Positions 48,219 through 59,870 of a stretch of DNA of 64,000 bases are shown here, piece after piece (the stretch's first letter is position 1; each line of letters opens with the position of its first letter). Under the pieces are notes generated by a model. The model searched no databases and was not told the origin of the DNA. It was given only the letters and a program-made list of their open reading frames with translations. The stretch lies in contig OZ251459.1 of NCBI GenBank assembly GCA_965242525.1, positions 96,001-160,000 on the forward strand. Direction: 5' to 3'. Source of the DNA: an uncultured Candidatus Binatia bacterium. GTDB lineage: Bacteria > Desulfobacterota > Binatia > UBA9968 > JAJDTQ01. The position numbers and the translations under genes are program-made.

Positions 48219-48620
48219 ATGGGTAGCGATACACTCTGGCCGTTGGGACTGTACTTCCTGATTGCGCTCGTGGTGGCGGGCAGCATGATCGGCCTGTCGT
48301 ACGTCCTCGGGGAACGGCATTCGGACCGCGCCACCGGGGAGCCCTACGAGTCCGGCATCGTCTCCACCGGCTCGGCGCGGGTGCGGCTGTCGGTCAAGTT
48401 CTACGTCGTGGCCATGCTGTTCGTGATCTTCGACCTGGAGGCCGTCTTCATCTTCGCGTACGCGGTGGCCTACGAAGAAGTAGGCTGGGCCGGGTACGCG
48501 GGCCTGCTGGTCTTCGTCGCGGTGCTGCTGGTGGCGCTGGTCTATGAGTACCGCATGGGCGCGCTGGACTGGGAGCCCGCGCGCCTCAGGGCGGCCAAGG
48601 CCGGTGGGGAGAAAGGGTAG
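48219..48620 (+). CDS. nuoA: NADH-quinone oxidoreductase subunit A
   Basis: PYESG, KFYVVAMLFVIFDLE, GALDW. Confidence 0.96.
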   Translation: MGSDTLWPLGLYFLIALVVAGSMIGLSYVLGERHSDRATGEPYESGIVSTGSARVRLSVKFYVVAMLFVIFDLEAVFIFAYAVAYEEVGWAGYAGLLVFVAVLLVALVYEYRMGALDWEPARLRAAKAGGEKG

Positions 48621-48629
48621 AGGGGTCCC

Positions 48630-49259
48630 ATGCAGTGGTCGTTGTCCAGACCCCGGCCCGCGGACGCGGAAAAGGGCGGTTTCGACGAAGCGATACGCAA
48701 GCTCCTGGTCATGGCCCGCCTGGAGGACCTGGTGAGCTGGGGGCGCAAGAACTCCATCTGGCCGTTCCATTTCGGGCTCTCCTGCTGTTTCGTCGAGATG
48801 GCCACGAGCCTCACCAGCAGGTTCGACGTGGCCCGTTTCGGCGCCGAGGTCATCCGCGGCACGCCCCGGGAAGCCGACGTCATCGTCATCGCGGGCACCT
48901 GCTTCATCAAGATGGCGCCCATCGTCCGGCGGCTCTACGAGCAGATGATGGAGCCCCGCTGGGTGATCTCCATGGGCTCGTGCGCCAACTCGGGCGGCAT
49001 GTACGACATCTACAGCGTGGTGCAGGGGGTGGACAAGATCCTCCCGGTGGACGTCTATGTGCCCGGTTGTCCGCCGAGTCCCTTCGCCTTCCTGGAGGCG
49101 TTGACGCTGTTGCAGAAGGCCGTGGGCAACGAGCGCCGGCCGCTGAGCTGGATGGTGGGCCCCCAGGGCGTGGACAAGGGCCCGCGCCCGGTGATGCGCG
49201 ACCTCAAGCGCCCCGACCGGGTGCGCGCCACGAGCCTGCGCTCGCCGGACGACGTCTAG
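48630..49259 (+). CDS. nuoB: NADH-quinone oxidoreductase subunit B
   Basis: [25 protein letters not shown]. Confidence 0.96.
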   Translation: MQWSLSRPRPADAEKGGFDEAIRKLLVMARLEDLVSWGRKNSIWPFHFGLSCCFVEMATSLTSRFDVARFGAEVIRGTPREADVIVIAGTCFIKMAPIVRRLYEQMMEPRWVISMGSCANSGGMYDIYSVVQGVDKILPVDVYVPGCPPSPFAFLEALTLLQKAVGNERRPLSWMVGPQGVDKGPRPVMRDLKRPDRVRATSLRSPDDV

Positions 49260-49370
49260 CGGACCGTTGGACCATGCGAACCGTCGCCGATGGACAGAGG
49301 CCTTCGCTCTTCCCCACGAAACACGACATGGGCGCTGCGTTCATCCGAAGAAGGGCTGCGGTTTCCACCC

Positions 49371-51119
49371 ATGAGTGACGCGCCGGCGGTGGTGACCGAG
49401 CTCGAAGGCCGCTTCGGCCCCGACGCCTTCGTGGCGGAGGACACCCGATGCGGGTTCCCCACCCTGTGGACGTCCGGGGAGCGCCTGCCCGCGGTGCTGA
49501 AGTTCCTGAAGACCGAGGTGGAGCGGCCCTTCGGCACCCTGTACGACCTGACCGCCATCGACGAACGTTTCCGCAAGCACCGGGACGGCCAGCCGGACAG
49601 CGACTTCACCCTCCTCTACCACCTGCTCTCCTACGAGCGGAACGAGGACCTGTGCATCAAGGTGGCCCTGTCCGAGGACTCGGCCTCGGCGCCTTCGGCG
49701 ACCCCCCTGTGGCCCTCGGCCAACTGGTACGAGCGCGAGGTCTGGGACATGTTCGGCGTCCGCTTCGACGGCCATCCGTCGCTGCGCCGCATCCTCATGC
49801 CCCCCACCTGGGAAGGGCATCCGCTGCGCAAGGAGCACCCGGCCCGGGCCACCGAGATGGGTCCGTTCCGACTCCCCGACGACCGGCAGGACCGGGAACA
49901 GGAGGCGCTCCGGTTCCGGCCCGAGGACTGGGGCATGAAGCGCACCCGGGAAGGCGCCGACTTCATGTTCCTCAACGTGGGGCCGCAGCATCCCGGCACC
50001 CACGGCGTCATCCGCATCGTACTCCAGCTCGACGGCGAGGAGATCGTGGACGCCCTGCCCGAGATCGGGTTCCACCACCGGGGCGCGGAGAAGATGGGGG
50101 AACGGCAGTCCTGGCACTCCTTCATCCCCTACACGGACCGCATCGACTACCTGGGCGGCGTCATGAACAACCTGGCCTACGTGCTCTCCGTGGAGCAGTT
50201 GGCCGGCATCCGCGCGCCCGACCGCGCCCAGGTCATCCGCGTGATGATGTGCGAGTTCTTCCGCATCGCCAGCCACCTGGTGTGGTACGGCACCTTTGCC
50301 CAGGACGTGGGCTCCCTCTCCGCGGTGTTCTACACCTTCAACGACCGGGAGCGGATCTTCGACATCGTGCAGGCGGTGTGCGGCGGGCGCATGCATCCGA
50401 GCTGGTTCCGCATCGGCGGCGTGGCCCAGGACCTGCCCAGGGGCTGGCAGGGGATGGTGCGGGACTTCGTGGACTACCTCCCGGAGCGGCTCGACGAGTA
50501 CGACAAGATCGTGATGCAGAACCGCATCTTCAAGGCGCGCACCCAGGGCATCGGCGCCTACACCGCGGAGGAAGCGGTTGACTGGGGCGTGACCGGTCCG
50601 GGTCTCCGGGCGTGCGGCTTCGACTGGGACTTCCGCAAGAAGCGGCCCTACTCGGGCTACGAGCAGTTCGACTTCGACGTCCCCGTGGCCCACAAGGGCG
50701 ACTGCTACGACCGCGCGGTGGTGCGCATCGAGGAGATGCGCCAGAGCCTCCGGATCATCGACCAGTGCCTGAAGAACATGCCTGCGGGCCACTACAAGTC
50801 GGACCATCCGCTGACCACGCCGCCGCGGAAAGAGCGCACCATGCACGACATCGAGACGCTCATCAACCATTTCCTCAACGTGAGCTGGGGGCCGGTGATC
50901 CCCGCGGGAGAGTCCTTCACCGGCATCGAGGCCACCAAGGGGAACAACGGCTACCGGCTGGTGAGCGACGGCGGCACCATCCCCTACCGGGTGCGCATCC
51001 GCACGCCGTCGTTCGCCCACATGCAGATGATCCCGCTCATGAGCCGGGGCGTGATGGTGCCGGACCTGTTGGCGATACTGGGGAGCATCGACTTCGTGCT
51101 CGCGGACATCGATCGGTGA
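49371..51119 (+). CDS. nuoC: NADH-quinone oxidoreductase fused subunit C/D
   Basis: [37 protein letters not shown], terminal ADIDR. Start MSDAP. Confidence 0.95.
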   Translation: MSDAPAVVTELEGRFGPDAFVAEDTRCGFPTLWTSGERLPAVLKFLKTEVERPFGTLYDLTAIDERFRKHRDGQPDSDFTLLYHLLSYERNEDLCIKVALSEDSASAPSATPLWPSANWYEREVWDMFGVRFDGHPSLRRILMPPTWEGHPLRKEHPARATEMGPFRLPDDRQDREQEALRFRPEDWGMKRTREGADFMFLNVGPQHPGTHGVIRIVLQLDGEEIVDALPEIGFHHRGAEKMGERQSWHSFIPYTDRIDYLGGVMNNLAYVLSVEQLAGIRAPDRAQVIRVMMCEFFRIASHLVWYGTFAQDVGSLSAVFYTFNDRERIFDIVQAVCGGRMHPSWFRIGGVAQDLPRGWQGMVRDFVDYLPERLDEYDKIVMQNRIFKARTQGIGAYTAEEAVDWGVTGPGLRACGFDWDFRKKRPYSGYEQFDFDVPVAHKGDCYDRAVVRIEEMRQSLRIIDQCLKNMPAGHYKSDHPLTTPPRKERTMHDIETLINHFLNVSWGPVIPAGESFTGIEATKGNNGYRLVSDGGTIPYRVRIRTPSFAHMQMIPLMSRGVMVPDLLAILGSIDFVLADIDR

Positions 51120-51135
51120 AGGCGGCGAGGGCGTC

Positions 51136-51606
51136 ATGCTGACGGAACGGGAACGGGAGAGGATCCGGGAGGAGGCCGCCCACTACGACCACCCCCAGGC
51201 GGCGTGCGTGGAGGCCTTGAAGATCGTCCAGGAAGGGCGGCGCTGGGTGTCGGACGAGCACCTGAAGGAGGTGGCCGGGTTGCTGGACATGAGCCCGGAG
51301 GCGCTGGACAGCGTGGCCACCTTCTACAACCTCATCTTCCGCAAGCCGGTGGGGGAGAACGTCATCCTGCTCTGCGACAGCGTCAGTTGCTGGATCCTGG
51401 GGTACGAGGAGATCCTGGGCCACCTGAAGGCGCGTCTCGGGGTCGAGCTGGGCGGGACCACCGCGGACGGCAAGTTCACGCTGCTTCCCATGTGCTGCCT
51501 GGGCACGTGCGACCGGGGCCCGGCCATGATGGTGGGGGACGAGCTCTACCGGAACCTCGACAACGACAAGGTGGACGAGATCCTCGGCCTCCATGGGGGC
51601 GCGTGA
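51136..51606 (+). CDS. nuoE: NADH-quinone oxidoreductase subunit E
   Basis: VATFY, CDSVSC, CCLGTCD.GP. Confidence 0.95.
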   Translation: MLTERERERIREEAAHYDHPQAACVEALKIVQEGRRWVSDEHLKEVAGLLDMSPEALDSVATFYNLIFRKPVGENVILLCDSVSCWILGYEEILGHLKARLGVELGGTTADGKFTLLPMCCLGTCDRGPAMMVGDELYRNLDNDKVDEILGLHGGA

Positions 51607-51635
51607 GGCAACGGCTTATGGCGGGCGGATCGGCC

Positions 51636-52904
51636 ATGGACAAGCCCCTGACGGGGGATCTCAGGACGGATGGCGGCGTGCTGGACCTGGCCGCCTACGA
51701 GGGGGTGGGCGGGTACGAGGCGCTCCGCCGGGTGCTCCGGGAGATGACCCCCGCGGAGGTACTCAAGGAGGTGACGGACTCCAGGCTCCGGGGCCGCGGC
51801 GGCGCGGGGTTTCCCACGGGCCAGAAGTGGAGCTTCGTGCCCATGGGAGACGACGCCCCGACGCCCAAGTACCTGGTGGCCAACGCCGACGAGATGGAGC
51901 CGGGGACGTTCAAGGACCGCATCCTGCTGGAAGGGAACCCACACCTGCTCATCGAGGGGATGATCCTGGCGGCCTATGCGATCCAGGCCGCCAAGGGGTA
52001 CGTCTTCCTGCGCTGGGCCTACAAGGTGGCGGCCGAGAGGATCTCCCGGGCCTTGGGCGAGGCCTGCGACAAGGGCTACCTGGGCAGGAACATCCTCGGC
52101 TCGGACTTCGGCTTCGAGCTGCGCCTGCACACCAGCGCCGGGCGCTACATGTGCGGCGAGGAGACCGGGTTGCTCAACGCGCTGGAGGGCAAGCGCGCCA
52201 ACCCCCGGGCCAAGCCGCCGTTCCCCCAGGTGAGCGGGCTCTGGGGCAAGCCCACCATCGTCCAGAACGTGGAGACCCTGTGCAACGTGGCCCCGATCCT
52301 CCGCAACGGCGCCCGGTGGTACCTGGACCTGAGCCGCAGCGAGGACGGCGGCACCAAGCTCTACGGCGTGAGCGGCCGGGTGAAGCGGCCGGGCGCCTGG
52401 GAGCTGCCGCTGGGGACCACCATCCGCGAGATCATCGAGCGGCGGGCCCGGGGCATGCGCGACGGCTACCGGTTCCGGGGCCTGCTGCCGGGGGGCGCTT
52501 CCACGGACTTCCTGGTGGAGGAGCACCTGGACGTGAAGATGGACTACCAGTCGGTGCAGGCCGCGGGCAGCCGCCTGGGCACGGGCCTGATGATCGTGCT
52601 GGACCACGAGACCTCGGTGGTGGGCATGGTGCTCAACCTGGAGCGCTTCTTCGCCCAGGAGTCCTGCGGCTGGTGCACGCCGTGCCGCGACGGCCTCCCC
52701 TGGACCGCCCGGATACTCCAGGGGCTGCTGGAGGGCCGGGGCCGCAAGGGGGACCTGGAGCGGCTGGAGATGCACACGCGGATGATGGGTCCCGGCAACA
52801 CCTTCTGCGCGCTGGCCCCCGGCGCCATGGAGCCGTTGCAGAGCGCCCTCAAGTACTTCCGGGAAGACTTCGAGAAACTCGTTCCCCGGAGCGACGCAGC
52901 ATGA
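51636..52904 (+). CDS. nuoF: NADH-quinone oxidoreductase subunit F
   Basis: LRGRGGAGFPTG.KW, NADEMEPGTFKDR, YMCGEETGLL, ESCGWCTPCRDG. Alternative start at 51618. Confidence 0.95.
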   Translation: MDKPLTGDLRTDGGVLDLAAYEGVGGYEALRRVLREMTPAEVLKEVTDSRLRGRGGAGFPTGQKWSFVPMGDDAPTPKYLVANADEMEPGTFKDRILLEGNPHLLIEGMILAAYAIQAAKGYVFLRWAYKVAAERISRALGEACDKGYLGRNILGSDFGFELRLHTSAGRYMCGEETGLLNALEGKRANPRAKPPFPQVSGLWGKPTIVQNVETLCNVAPILRNGARWYLDLSRSEDGGTKLYGVSGRVKRPGAWELPLGTTIREIIERRARGMRDGYRFRGLLPGGASTDFLVEEHLDVKMDYQSVQAAGSRLGTGLMIVLDHETSVVGMVLNLERFFAQESCGWCTPCRDGLPWTARILQGLLEGRGRKGDLERLEMHTRMMGPGNTFCALAPGAMEPLQSALKYFREDFEKLVPRSDAA

Positions 52905-52910
52905 ACGATC

Positions 52911-55607
52911 ATGGCCACGATCCACGTTGACGACCGATCCTACGAGGTGGACCCCGGCAGGAACCTGCTGGAGGAGTGCCTCTCCCGGGGCCTGGACCTG
53001 CCCTACTTCTGCTGGCACCCGGCCCTGGGCTCGGTGGGCGCCTGCCGCCAGTGCGCGGTCAAGCAGTACCGGGACGAGAACGACGAGCGCGGCCGCATCG
53101 TCATGGCGTGCATGACGCCGGCCCTGGACGGCGCCCGCATCTCCATCCGCGACAAGGACGCGGCGCAGTTCCGGGCGGGCATCGTCGAGCTCCTGATGAG
53201 CAACCATCCCCACGACTGCCCGGTGTGCGACGAGGGCGGGGAGTGCCACCTCCAGGACATGACGGTGATGACCGGGCACAACTACCGGGGGTACCGTTTC
53301 GGCAAGCGCACCTTCGCCAACCAGCAACTGGGTCCGTTCCTCAACCACGAGATGAACCGGTGCATCACCTGCTACCGCTGCGTGCGTTTCTACCGGGACT
53401 ACGCCGGCGGCAAGGACCTGGACGCGTTCGCGTCCCACAACCACGTCTATTTCGGGCGCCACGAAGACGGCGTCCTGGAGAACGAGTTCAGCGGCAACCT
53501 GGTGGAGGTCTGCCCCACCGGGGTCTTCACCGACAAGACCCTGAAGCAGCACTACACCCGCAAGTGGGACCTGCAGACGGCCCCCTCCGTGTGCGCCCAT
53601 TGCAGCCTCGGTTGCAACACCATCGCCGGGGAGCGCTACGGCCGGCTCCGCCGCATCCTCAACCGCTACCACGCCGAGGTCAACGGCTATTTCCTGTGCG
53701 ACCGGGGGCGTTTCGGCTACGACTTCGTGAACGGCGACCGGCGCCTGCGGCGTCCGCTGGTGCAGGATCGGGACGAGGGCCGGCCGGTGGACGCCGGGGA
53801 GGCCCTGGACCGGGCCGCCTCGCTGCTGCGCCGGCCGTCCCGGGTCATCGGCATCGGCTCGCCCCGGGCGTCGCTGGAGGCCAACTTCGCGCTCCGCACC
53901 CTGGTGGGCGCCCACAACTTCTTCAGCGGCATGTCCGCGGGGGAGGACTACTTGGTGGCGCGCATGTTGCGGGCGCTCCGCGGCCCCGGAGTCCGCGCCC
54001 CGTCGTTGCGCGAAGTGGAGTCCGCGGACGCGGTCTTCGTGCTGGGGGAGGACCCCACCCAGACCGCGCCCCGCTTGGCCCTGGCCGTGCGCCAGGCGGC
54101 CGGGCAGGCGCCCCGGCGGGAGGCCATGCGGTTGCGCATCCCCGGGTGGGACGACGCCGCGTTGCGCGAGGCGATGCAGCAGCGGAAGGGGCCGGTCTAT
54201 GTGGCCGCCACCGGCGGCGCCAAGCTGGACGAAGCCGCGGCCAAGAGCTATCGGGGGGCGCCGGACGACGTGGCGCGCCTGGGGTTCGCGGTGGCCCGGA
54301 TCCTGGACGAGGACGCTCCTGCGGTGGAGGGGTTGCCGGAGGGGGACCGGGCCCTGGCCGAGGAGATCGCCGCGGCGCTGCGGCAGGCCGAGCGGCCGGT
54401 GGTGGTGTCCGGGTCCGGCAGCGGCAGCGAGGCGGTCATCGACGCGGCCGCGCAGGTGGCCCGGGCCCTGGGCCGGGAGCGGCCCGCGGACCTGTGCTTC
54501 ACCGCTTCCGAGTGCAACAGCTTCGGCCTGGGGCTGCTGAACGCAATGGGAACCGCGGACGCGTTCCAGCGGGTGGCGGACGGTCTGGCGGACACGGTGG
54601 TGGTGCTGGAGAACGACCTCTACCGCCGGGCGGGCCGCGCTTCGGTGGACGCCATGATGGCCGCGGCCCGGGTGGTGGCCATCGACCACTCGACCCACGC
54701 CACCGTGGCCGGGGCCCAAGTCGCCCTGCCGGCCGGCTCCTTCGCCGAGGCCGAGGGCACGGTGGTGAGCAACGAAGGCCGGGCCCAGCGGTTCTACCAG
54801 GTCTTCGTGCCCGAAGGCGACGTGCGGCCCGGTTGGCGCTGGCTGCGGGACTTGGCCCAGGCCGCGGGCCGCACGGAACTGGCGGGGCTCCGGTCGCCGG
54901 ACGACCTGCTGGCGGCGCTGGCCCGGGAGGTGGCGGCGTTCGGCCCGCTGCCGGAGAGCCTGCCCACCGCGGCGTACCGCGTGAACGGGGAGAAAGTGCC
55001 GCGCCAGTCGCCCCGGGCGAGCGGCCGCACCGCGGTCCGGGCGGACGTGGACGTCCACGAGACCAGGCCGCCGGCCGACCCGGATTCGCCGCTGTCGTTC
55101 TCCATGGAAGGCTATCCGCAGCAGCCGCCCTCGCCGCTCATCACCCGGTTCTGGGCGCCCGGCTGGAACTCGGTCCAGTCCCTCAACAAGTTCCAGTCCG
55201 AGGTGGGCGGCGCGCTGGCGGGAGGCGACCCGGGCCAACGGCTGATCGAGCCCGCGGCCGACGGGACCCCGGTGGACGCAGCCGAGGTCCCGGAGCCGTT
55301 CGAGCCGCGCAGCGGGGAAGTCCTGGTGGCGCCGCTGCACCACATATTCGGCTCGGAGGAATGGAGCGCGGCGTCCCCCGCAGTGGCTCAACGGATCCCC
55401 GGGCCCTACGCCGCCATGAACCCCGAGGACGCGCGCGAGCTGGGGGTGGAGGAAGGCGCGCTGGTGGAGGTCCGGCTCGACGGGGCCGCGTACCGGCTGC
55501 CGGCGCGCCTGACCGGGAGCATGACCCGGGGGGTCCTGGGCGTGCCCGTGGGCGTGGCCGTGACGGGCGTGGACCTGCCGGCCTGGAGCCCCTGCCGCAA
55601 GGTGTGA
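52911..55607 (+). CDS. nuoG: NADH-quinone oxidoreductase subunit G (long form)
   Basis: [54 protein letters not shown]. Confidence 0.95.
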   Translation: MATIHVDDRSYEVDPGRNLLEECLSRGLDLPYFCWHPALGSVGACRQCAVKQYRDENDERGRIVMACMTPALDGARISIRDKDAAQFRAGIVELLMSNHPHDCPVCDEGGECHLQDMTVMTGHNYRGYRFGKRTFANQQLGPFLNHEMNRCITCYRCVRFYRDYAGGKDLDAFASHNHVYFGRHEDGVLENEFSGNLVEVCPTGVFTDKTLKQHYTRKWDLQTAPSVCAHCSLGCNTIAGERYGRLRRILNRYHAEVNGYFLCDRGRFGYDFVNGDRRLRRPLVQDRDEGRPVDAGEALDRAASLLRRPSRVIGIGSPRASLEANFALRTLVGAHNFFSGMSAGEDYLVARMLRALRGPGVRAPSLREVESADAVFVLGEDPTQTAPRLALAVRQAAGQAPRREAMRLRIPGWDDAALREAMQQRKGPVYVAATGGAKLDEAAAKSYRGAPDDVARLGFAVARILDEDAPAVEGLPEGDRALAEEIAAALRQAERPVVVSGSGSGSEAVIDAAAQVARALGRERPADLCFTASECNSFGLGLLNAMGTADAFQRVADGLADTVVVLENDLYRRAGRASVDAMMAAARVVAIDHSTHATVAGAQVALPAGSFAEAEGTVVSNEGRAQRFYQVFVPEGDVRPGWRWLRDLAQAAGRTELAGLRSPDDLLAALAREVAAFGPLPESLPTAAYRVNGEKVPRQSPRASGRTAVRADVDVHETRPPADPDSPLSFSMEGYPQQPPSPLITRFWAPGWNSVQSLNKFQSEVGGALAGGDPGQRLIEPAADGTPVDAAEVPEPFEPRSGEVLVAPLHHIFGSEEWSAASPAVAQRIPGPYAAMNPEDARELGVEEGALVEVRLDGAAYRLPARLTGSMTRGVLGVPVGVAVTGVDLPAWSPCRKV

Positions 55608-55608
55608 C

Positions 55609-56565
55609 GTGACGGACGTTGCTTTGCAGATCGCGGTGGTCCTGGGGGTGCTCAACGCCCCCCTGGTCATCGCCGCGCTGCTCATCTGGGTGGAGCGGCG
55701 GTTCCTGGCCCTGTTGCAGGACCGCTACGGCCCCAACCGGGTGGGGCCCTTCGGCCTCGGCCAGGTGCTGGCCGACATGATCAAGATCTTCACCAAGGAG
55801 GACTGGGTCCCGCCGTTCGCGGACCGGGCCGTGTTCACCCTGGCCCCGGCGGTGATCGTCGTCACCGGGCTCATGTCCGTGGCGGTCATCCCCATCACCG
55901 AGACCATCGGGGTGACGGACCTGAACATCGGCCTGCTGTTCTTCCTCGCCATGTCGTCCATGGGGGTGTACAGCGTGGTGCTGGCGGGTTGGGCCTCCAA
56001 CAACAAGTACGCCCTCCTGGGCGCGCTCCGGGCCTCGGCCCAGATGGTTAGCTACGAAGTGTTCATGGGGCTGTCGCTCATGGGGGTGGTGCTGCTGGCG
56101 GGCTCCTTCAGCCTCCGGGACATCGTGGACGCCCAACGGGATCTCTGGTTCATCGTGCCGCAGTTCCTGGGCTTCGTCATATTCTTCATCGCCGGGCTTG
56201 CCGAGACCCATCGCCTGCCCTTCGACCTGCCCGAGGCCGAGGCCGAGCTGGTGGCGGGTTTCCACTCCGAGTACTCGGGAATGAAGTTCGGCATGTTCTT
56301 CGTGGGCGAGTACATCGGCGTGACCCTGATCGCCGCCATGATCGTGACGCTGTTCTTCGGCGGCTGGACGGGGCCGGTGCTTCCGGGCATCGTGTGGTTC
56401 CTGCTGAAACTGCTGTTCTTCATACTCGTGTTCATCCTGCTGCGGGCGGCGTTGCCCCGGCCGCGGTTCGACCAGTTGATGGCGTTCGGCTGGAAGGTGT
56501 TGTTGCCGTTGTCGCTGCTGAACCTCGTGGTGACGGCCGGAGTGCTGTTGCTCGCGAAGGGGTGA
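55609..56565 (+). CDS. nuoH: NADH-quinone oxidoreductase subunit H
   Basis: [34 protein letters not shown]. Confidence 0.96.
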   Translation: MTDVALQIAVVLGVLNAPLVIAALLIWVERRFLALLQDRYGPNRVGPFGLGQVLADMIKIFTKEDWVPPFADRAVFTLAPAVIVVTGLMSVAVIPITETIGVTDLNIGLLFFLAMSSMGVYSVVLAGWASNNKYALLGALRASAQMVSYEVFMGLSLMGVVLLAGSFSLRDIVDAQRDLWFIVPQFLGFVIFFIAGLAETHRLPFDLPEAEAELVAGFHSEYSGMKFGMFFVGEYIGVTLIAAMIVTLFFGGWTGPVLPGIVWFLLKLLFFILVFILLRAALPRPRFDQLMAFGWKVLLPLSLLNLVVTAGVLLLAKG

Positions 56566-56575
56566 GGAGTCGCCG

Positions 56576-57091
56576 ATGTTGAGCGTGTTGCGAACGATCT
56601 GGACGGTGCTGCTGCACATGTTCCGGCAGCGTGTGACCGTGCAGTACCCGGAGGAGAAGCCGCAGCTCCCGCCCCGCTACCGGGGCCGGATCATCCTTTC
56701 CCGGGACCCGGACGGGGACGAGCGCTGCGTGGGCTGCTACCTGTGCTCCGCGGCGTGCCCGGTGGACTGCATCGCGCTCCAGGCCGCGGAGCGGGAAGAC
56801 GGCCGGCGTTATCCCGAGTTCTTCCGCATCAATTTCTCGCGCTGCATCTTCTGCGGCCTGTGCGAGGAGGCGTGCCCCACCTACGCCATCCAGCTAACCC
56901 CGGACTTCGAGTTGTGCGACTACGACCGGCAGAGCCTGGTCTATGAAAAGGAAGACCTGTTGATCAACGGCCCCGGCAAGTACCCGGGTTACAACTTCTA
57001 CCGGGTGGCGGGTCTCGCCATCGACGGCAAGGACAAGGGGGCGGCCGAGAACGAGGACGAGCCCGTGGACGTCCGGAGCCTGCTCCCTTGA
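56576..57091 (+). CDS. nuoI: NADH-quinone oxidoreductase subunit I
   Basis: Two CxxCxxCxxxCP motifs. Confidence 0.96.
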   Translation: MLSVLRTIWTVLLHMFRQRVTVQYPEEKPQLPPRYRGRIILSRDPDGDERCVGCYLCSAACPVDCIALQAAEREDGRRYPEFFRINFSRCIFCGLCEEACPTYAIQLTPDFELCDYDRQSLVYEKEDLLINGPGKYPGYNFYRVAGLAIDGKDKGAAENEDEPVDVRSLLP

Positions 57092-57137
57092 CGGGCGCGG
57101 TCCGCACCGGTCCGCGTCCCGGCCCCCGAAGGACCCC

Positions 57138-57650
57138 ATGACCCTGCTCTACTACCTGGCGTCCGCGGTGGCGGTGGCGGCCACCGCCATGGTGATCACG
57201 CGCTCCAACGCGGTGCACGCGCTGCTGTACATGGTCGTGTCGCTGCTGGCCCTGGCGCTGGTCTTCTTCACCCTGGGGGCCCCCTTCGTGGCCGCCCTGG
57301 AGGTGATCATCTACGCCGGCGCCATCGTGGTGCTGTTCGTGTTCGTCATCATGATGCTCAACCTCGGGGCCGAGGCCACCGAGCGCGAGCGGCGTTGGCT
57401 CGACCCCGCGGCCTGGCGGGGCCCGGCGATCCTCACGGGCGTCCTGCTGGTGGAGTTCCTGGCGCTGCTCGCAACGGACTCCGCGGACCCGGGCGCGTCC
57501 GCGGGCGTCGGGGTCAAGCGCGTGGGCGCGGCGCTCTACGGCCCCTACGTGCTGGGGGTCGAGCTGGCCGCCATGCTGTTGCTGGCGGGCCTGGTGGGGG
57601 CCTTCCACCTGGGCCGCCGGGAGCCGTCGGACGGCGAGGATGAGTCGTGA
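57138..57650 (+). CDS. nuoJ: NADH-quinone oxidoreductase subunit J
   Basis: [23 protein letters not shown]. Confidence 0.95.
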   Translation: MTLLYYLASAVAVAATAMVITRSNAVHALLYMVVSLLALALVFFTLGAPFVAALEVIIYAGAIVVLFVFVIMMLNLGAEATERERRWLDPAAWRGPAILTGVLLVEFLALLATDSADPGASAGVGVKRVGAALYGPYVLGVELAAMLLLAGLVGAFHLGRREPSDGEDES

Positions 57651-57958
57651 CGGCCGGCGTCCCCATGGAGCACGGGCTCGCGCTGGCCGCGGTGCTGTTC
57701 GGGCTGGGGCTCACCGGCGTGCTGGTGCGCCGCAACATCATCTTCGTCCTGCTTTCCCTGGAGATCATGCTCAACGCCGCGGCCCTGGCCTTCGTGGTGG
57801 CGGGGGCCCACTGGGGGCAGGCCGACGGACAGGTCATGTTCTTCTTCATCCTGGCCATGGCCGCGGCCGAGGTGGCGGTGGGCCTCGCCCTGGTGGTGCA
57901 GGTCTATCATCGGTTCCACACCCTGGACGTGGATGCGGTGAGCGACTTGAGGGGATGA
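57647..57958 (+). CDS. nuoK: NADH-quinone oxidoreductase subunit K
   Basis: [22 protein letters not shown]. Confidence 0.95.
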   Translation: MTAGVPMEHGLALAAVLFGLGLTGVLVRRNIIFVLLSLEIMLNAAALAFVVAGAHWGQADGQVMFFFILAMAAAEVAVGLALVVQVYHRFHTLDVDAVSDLRG

Positions 57959-57959
57959 C

Positions 57960-59870
57960 ATGCTCGAGCTGCTGTGGCTGATACCGGCCTTTCCCCTGGC
58001 CGGCTTCCTGGTCCTCGTCCTCGTGGGGTCCCGCCTCTCGCGCACCGAGACGGCCTGGGTGGGCGCCGGCTCCGTGGGCCTGTCCGCGGCGGTGACGCTG
58101 CTGGTGGGCCTGAGCTTCCTGGCCGCGCCGCCCCCGGGGGACCGCTTCGTCCAGACCCTGTGGGTGTGGCTGGACGTGGCCGGCTTCCGGCCCGCCTTCG
58201 CCTTCCACCTGGACGCCCTGTCCCTGGCCATGATCTTCGTGGTGACGTTCGTGGGCTTCCTCATCCACCTGTACTCGGTCGAGTACATGATGGAGGAGGA
58301 GGAAGGCTACAGCCGCTTCTTCGCCTACATGAACCTGTTCGTCTGCGCCATGCTCACGTTGCTGCTGGCGGACAACCTGATGCTGTTGCTGCTCGGTTGG
58401 GAAGGCGTGGGCCTGTGCAGCTACCTCCTGATCGGCTTCTTCTACAAGGACGAAGCCAACGGCCGGGCGGCGAGCAAGGCGTTCATCGTCACCCGGGTGG
58501 GGGACACGGCCATGCTGGTGGCGTTGTTCCTCCTGTTCGCGGAGTTGGGGACGCTGGACATCCAGGAGCTGCTCCAACGGGCAGGGCAGCAGTTCGAGCC
58601 GGGTTCGGGAATGGCCGCGGCGGTGGCCCTGCTGTTGCTGGGAGGGGCGGTGGGCAAGTCCGCCCAACTGCCCCTGCAGACGTGGCTGCCGGACGCCATG
58701 GCCGGGCCCACCCCGGTGAGCGCCCTCATCCACGCGGCCACCATGGTCACGGCCGGCGTCTATCTCATCGCACGCACGCACGTGCTGTTCACCCTGGCCC
58801 CCGCGGTGCTGACGCTGGTGGCGGTGGTGGGCGCCCTCACCCTGTTGATGGCGGGCTTCGCGGCGCTGGCGCAGTACGACATCAAGCGGGTGCTGGCCTA
58901 TTCTACTATCAGCCAGATCGGCTACATGTTCCTGGCCCTGGGCGTGGGCGCGTGGTCCGCGGCGTTGTTCCACTTCATGGTCCACGCCTTCTTCAAGGCG
59001 CTGCTGTTCCTGGGCGCGGGCGCGGTCATCCTGTGCCTGCACCACGAGCAGGACATGCGCCGCATGGGCGGGCTGCGCCGGCGGATGCCGTTCACCTTCC
59101 GGTGCTTCCTCGTCGGCGCAGGCGCGCTGGCGGCCATCCCGGTGGTCACCGCGGGCTTCTACAGCAAGGACCTGATCATCTGGAACGCCTACAACTCGGA
59201 GGTCGGCAGCGTCTGGCTCTGGGCCGGCGCCCTGGCCGGGGCGCTGCTCACGTCCCTCTACACCTTCCGCATGGTGTTCCTGACCTTCTTCCGGGAGGCC
59301 ACAGAATGGGTGAGGAAGCTCGCGCCCATCCGCGAGCCGGGGCCGTGCGTCCGGGTCCCGCTGGGCGTCCTCGCGTTCCTTTCGGTGGTGGCCGGGGTCA
59401 TCGAGCTGCCCCACACCATGGGCAAGCTGACGCTGTTCTCGGACTTCCTGCACACCGCGTTGCCCGAGTTCCACGGCGCCCATGCGAGCTACGGCGCCGA
59501 GTTGCTGTTCGAGCTCCTGGCCGCGGCCGCCTCCCTGGGCGGCGTCTATCTGGCGTGGACGCTCGTGATGGGGCCGCCCCGTTACCGGGAGCGCCTCGCC
59601 GCGCTGCCCTGGGCGCCCCGGGTGGAGCGGCTATGGCTTTCCGGCTGGGGTTTCGACCATCTCTATGACGCGCTCTTCGTCCGGCCCTGGCTGTGGTGCG
59701 CCCGGGTCAACAAGGGCGACTTCATCGACCGGGGCTACCGCGCGGTGGCCTTCGCCGCCGAGATGCTGCACTTGGCGGCCAGCCTGACCCAGACGGGAGC
59801 GGTGCGGTGGTACGCCACCGGCATCGCCGCGGGGGCGGTGGTGACCGTGGGATTGGTGATCCTCCTGTGA
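57960..59870 (+). CDS. nuoL: NADH-quinone oxidoreductase subunit L
   Basis: GWEGVGLCSYLLIGF, GKSAQLPLQTWLPDAMAGPTPVSALIHAATMV. Confidence 0.96.
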   Translation: MLELLWLIPAFPLAGFLVLVLVGSRLSRTETAWVGAGSVGLSAAVTLLVGLSFLAAPPPGDRFVQTLWVWLDVAGFRPAFAFHLDALSLAMIFVVTFVGFLIHLYSVEYMMEEEEGYSRFFAYMNLFVCAMLTLLLADNLMLLLLGWEGVGLCSYLLIGFFYKDEANGRAASKAFIVTRVGDTAMLVALFLLFAELGTLDIQELLQRAGQQFEPGSGMAAAVALLLLGGAVGKSAQLPLQTWLPDAMAGPTPVSALIHAATMVTAGVYLIARTHVLFTLAPAVLTLVAVVGALTLLMAGFAALAQYDIKRVLAYSTISQIGYMFLALGVGAWSAALFHFMVHAFFKALLFLGAGAVILCLHHEQDMRRMGGLRRRMPFTFRCFLVGAGALAAIPVVTAGFYSKDLIIWNAYNSEVGSVWLWAGALAGALLTSLYTFRMVFLTFFREATEWVRKLAPIREPGPCVRVPLGVLAFLSVVAGVIELPHTMGKLTLFSDFLHTALPEFHGAHASYGAELLFELLAAAASLGGVYLAWTLVMGPPRYRERLAALPWAPRVERLWLSGWGFDHLYDALFVRPWLWCARVNKGDFIDRGYRAVAFAAEMLHLAASLTQTGAVRWYATGIAAGAVVTVGLVILL

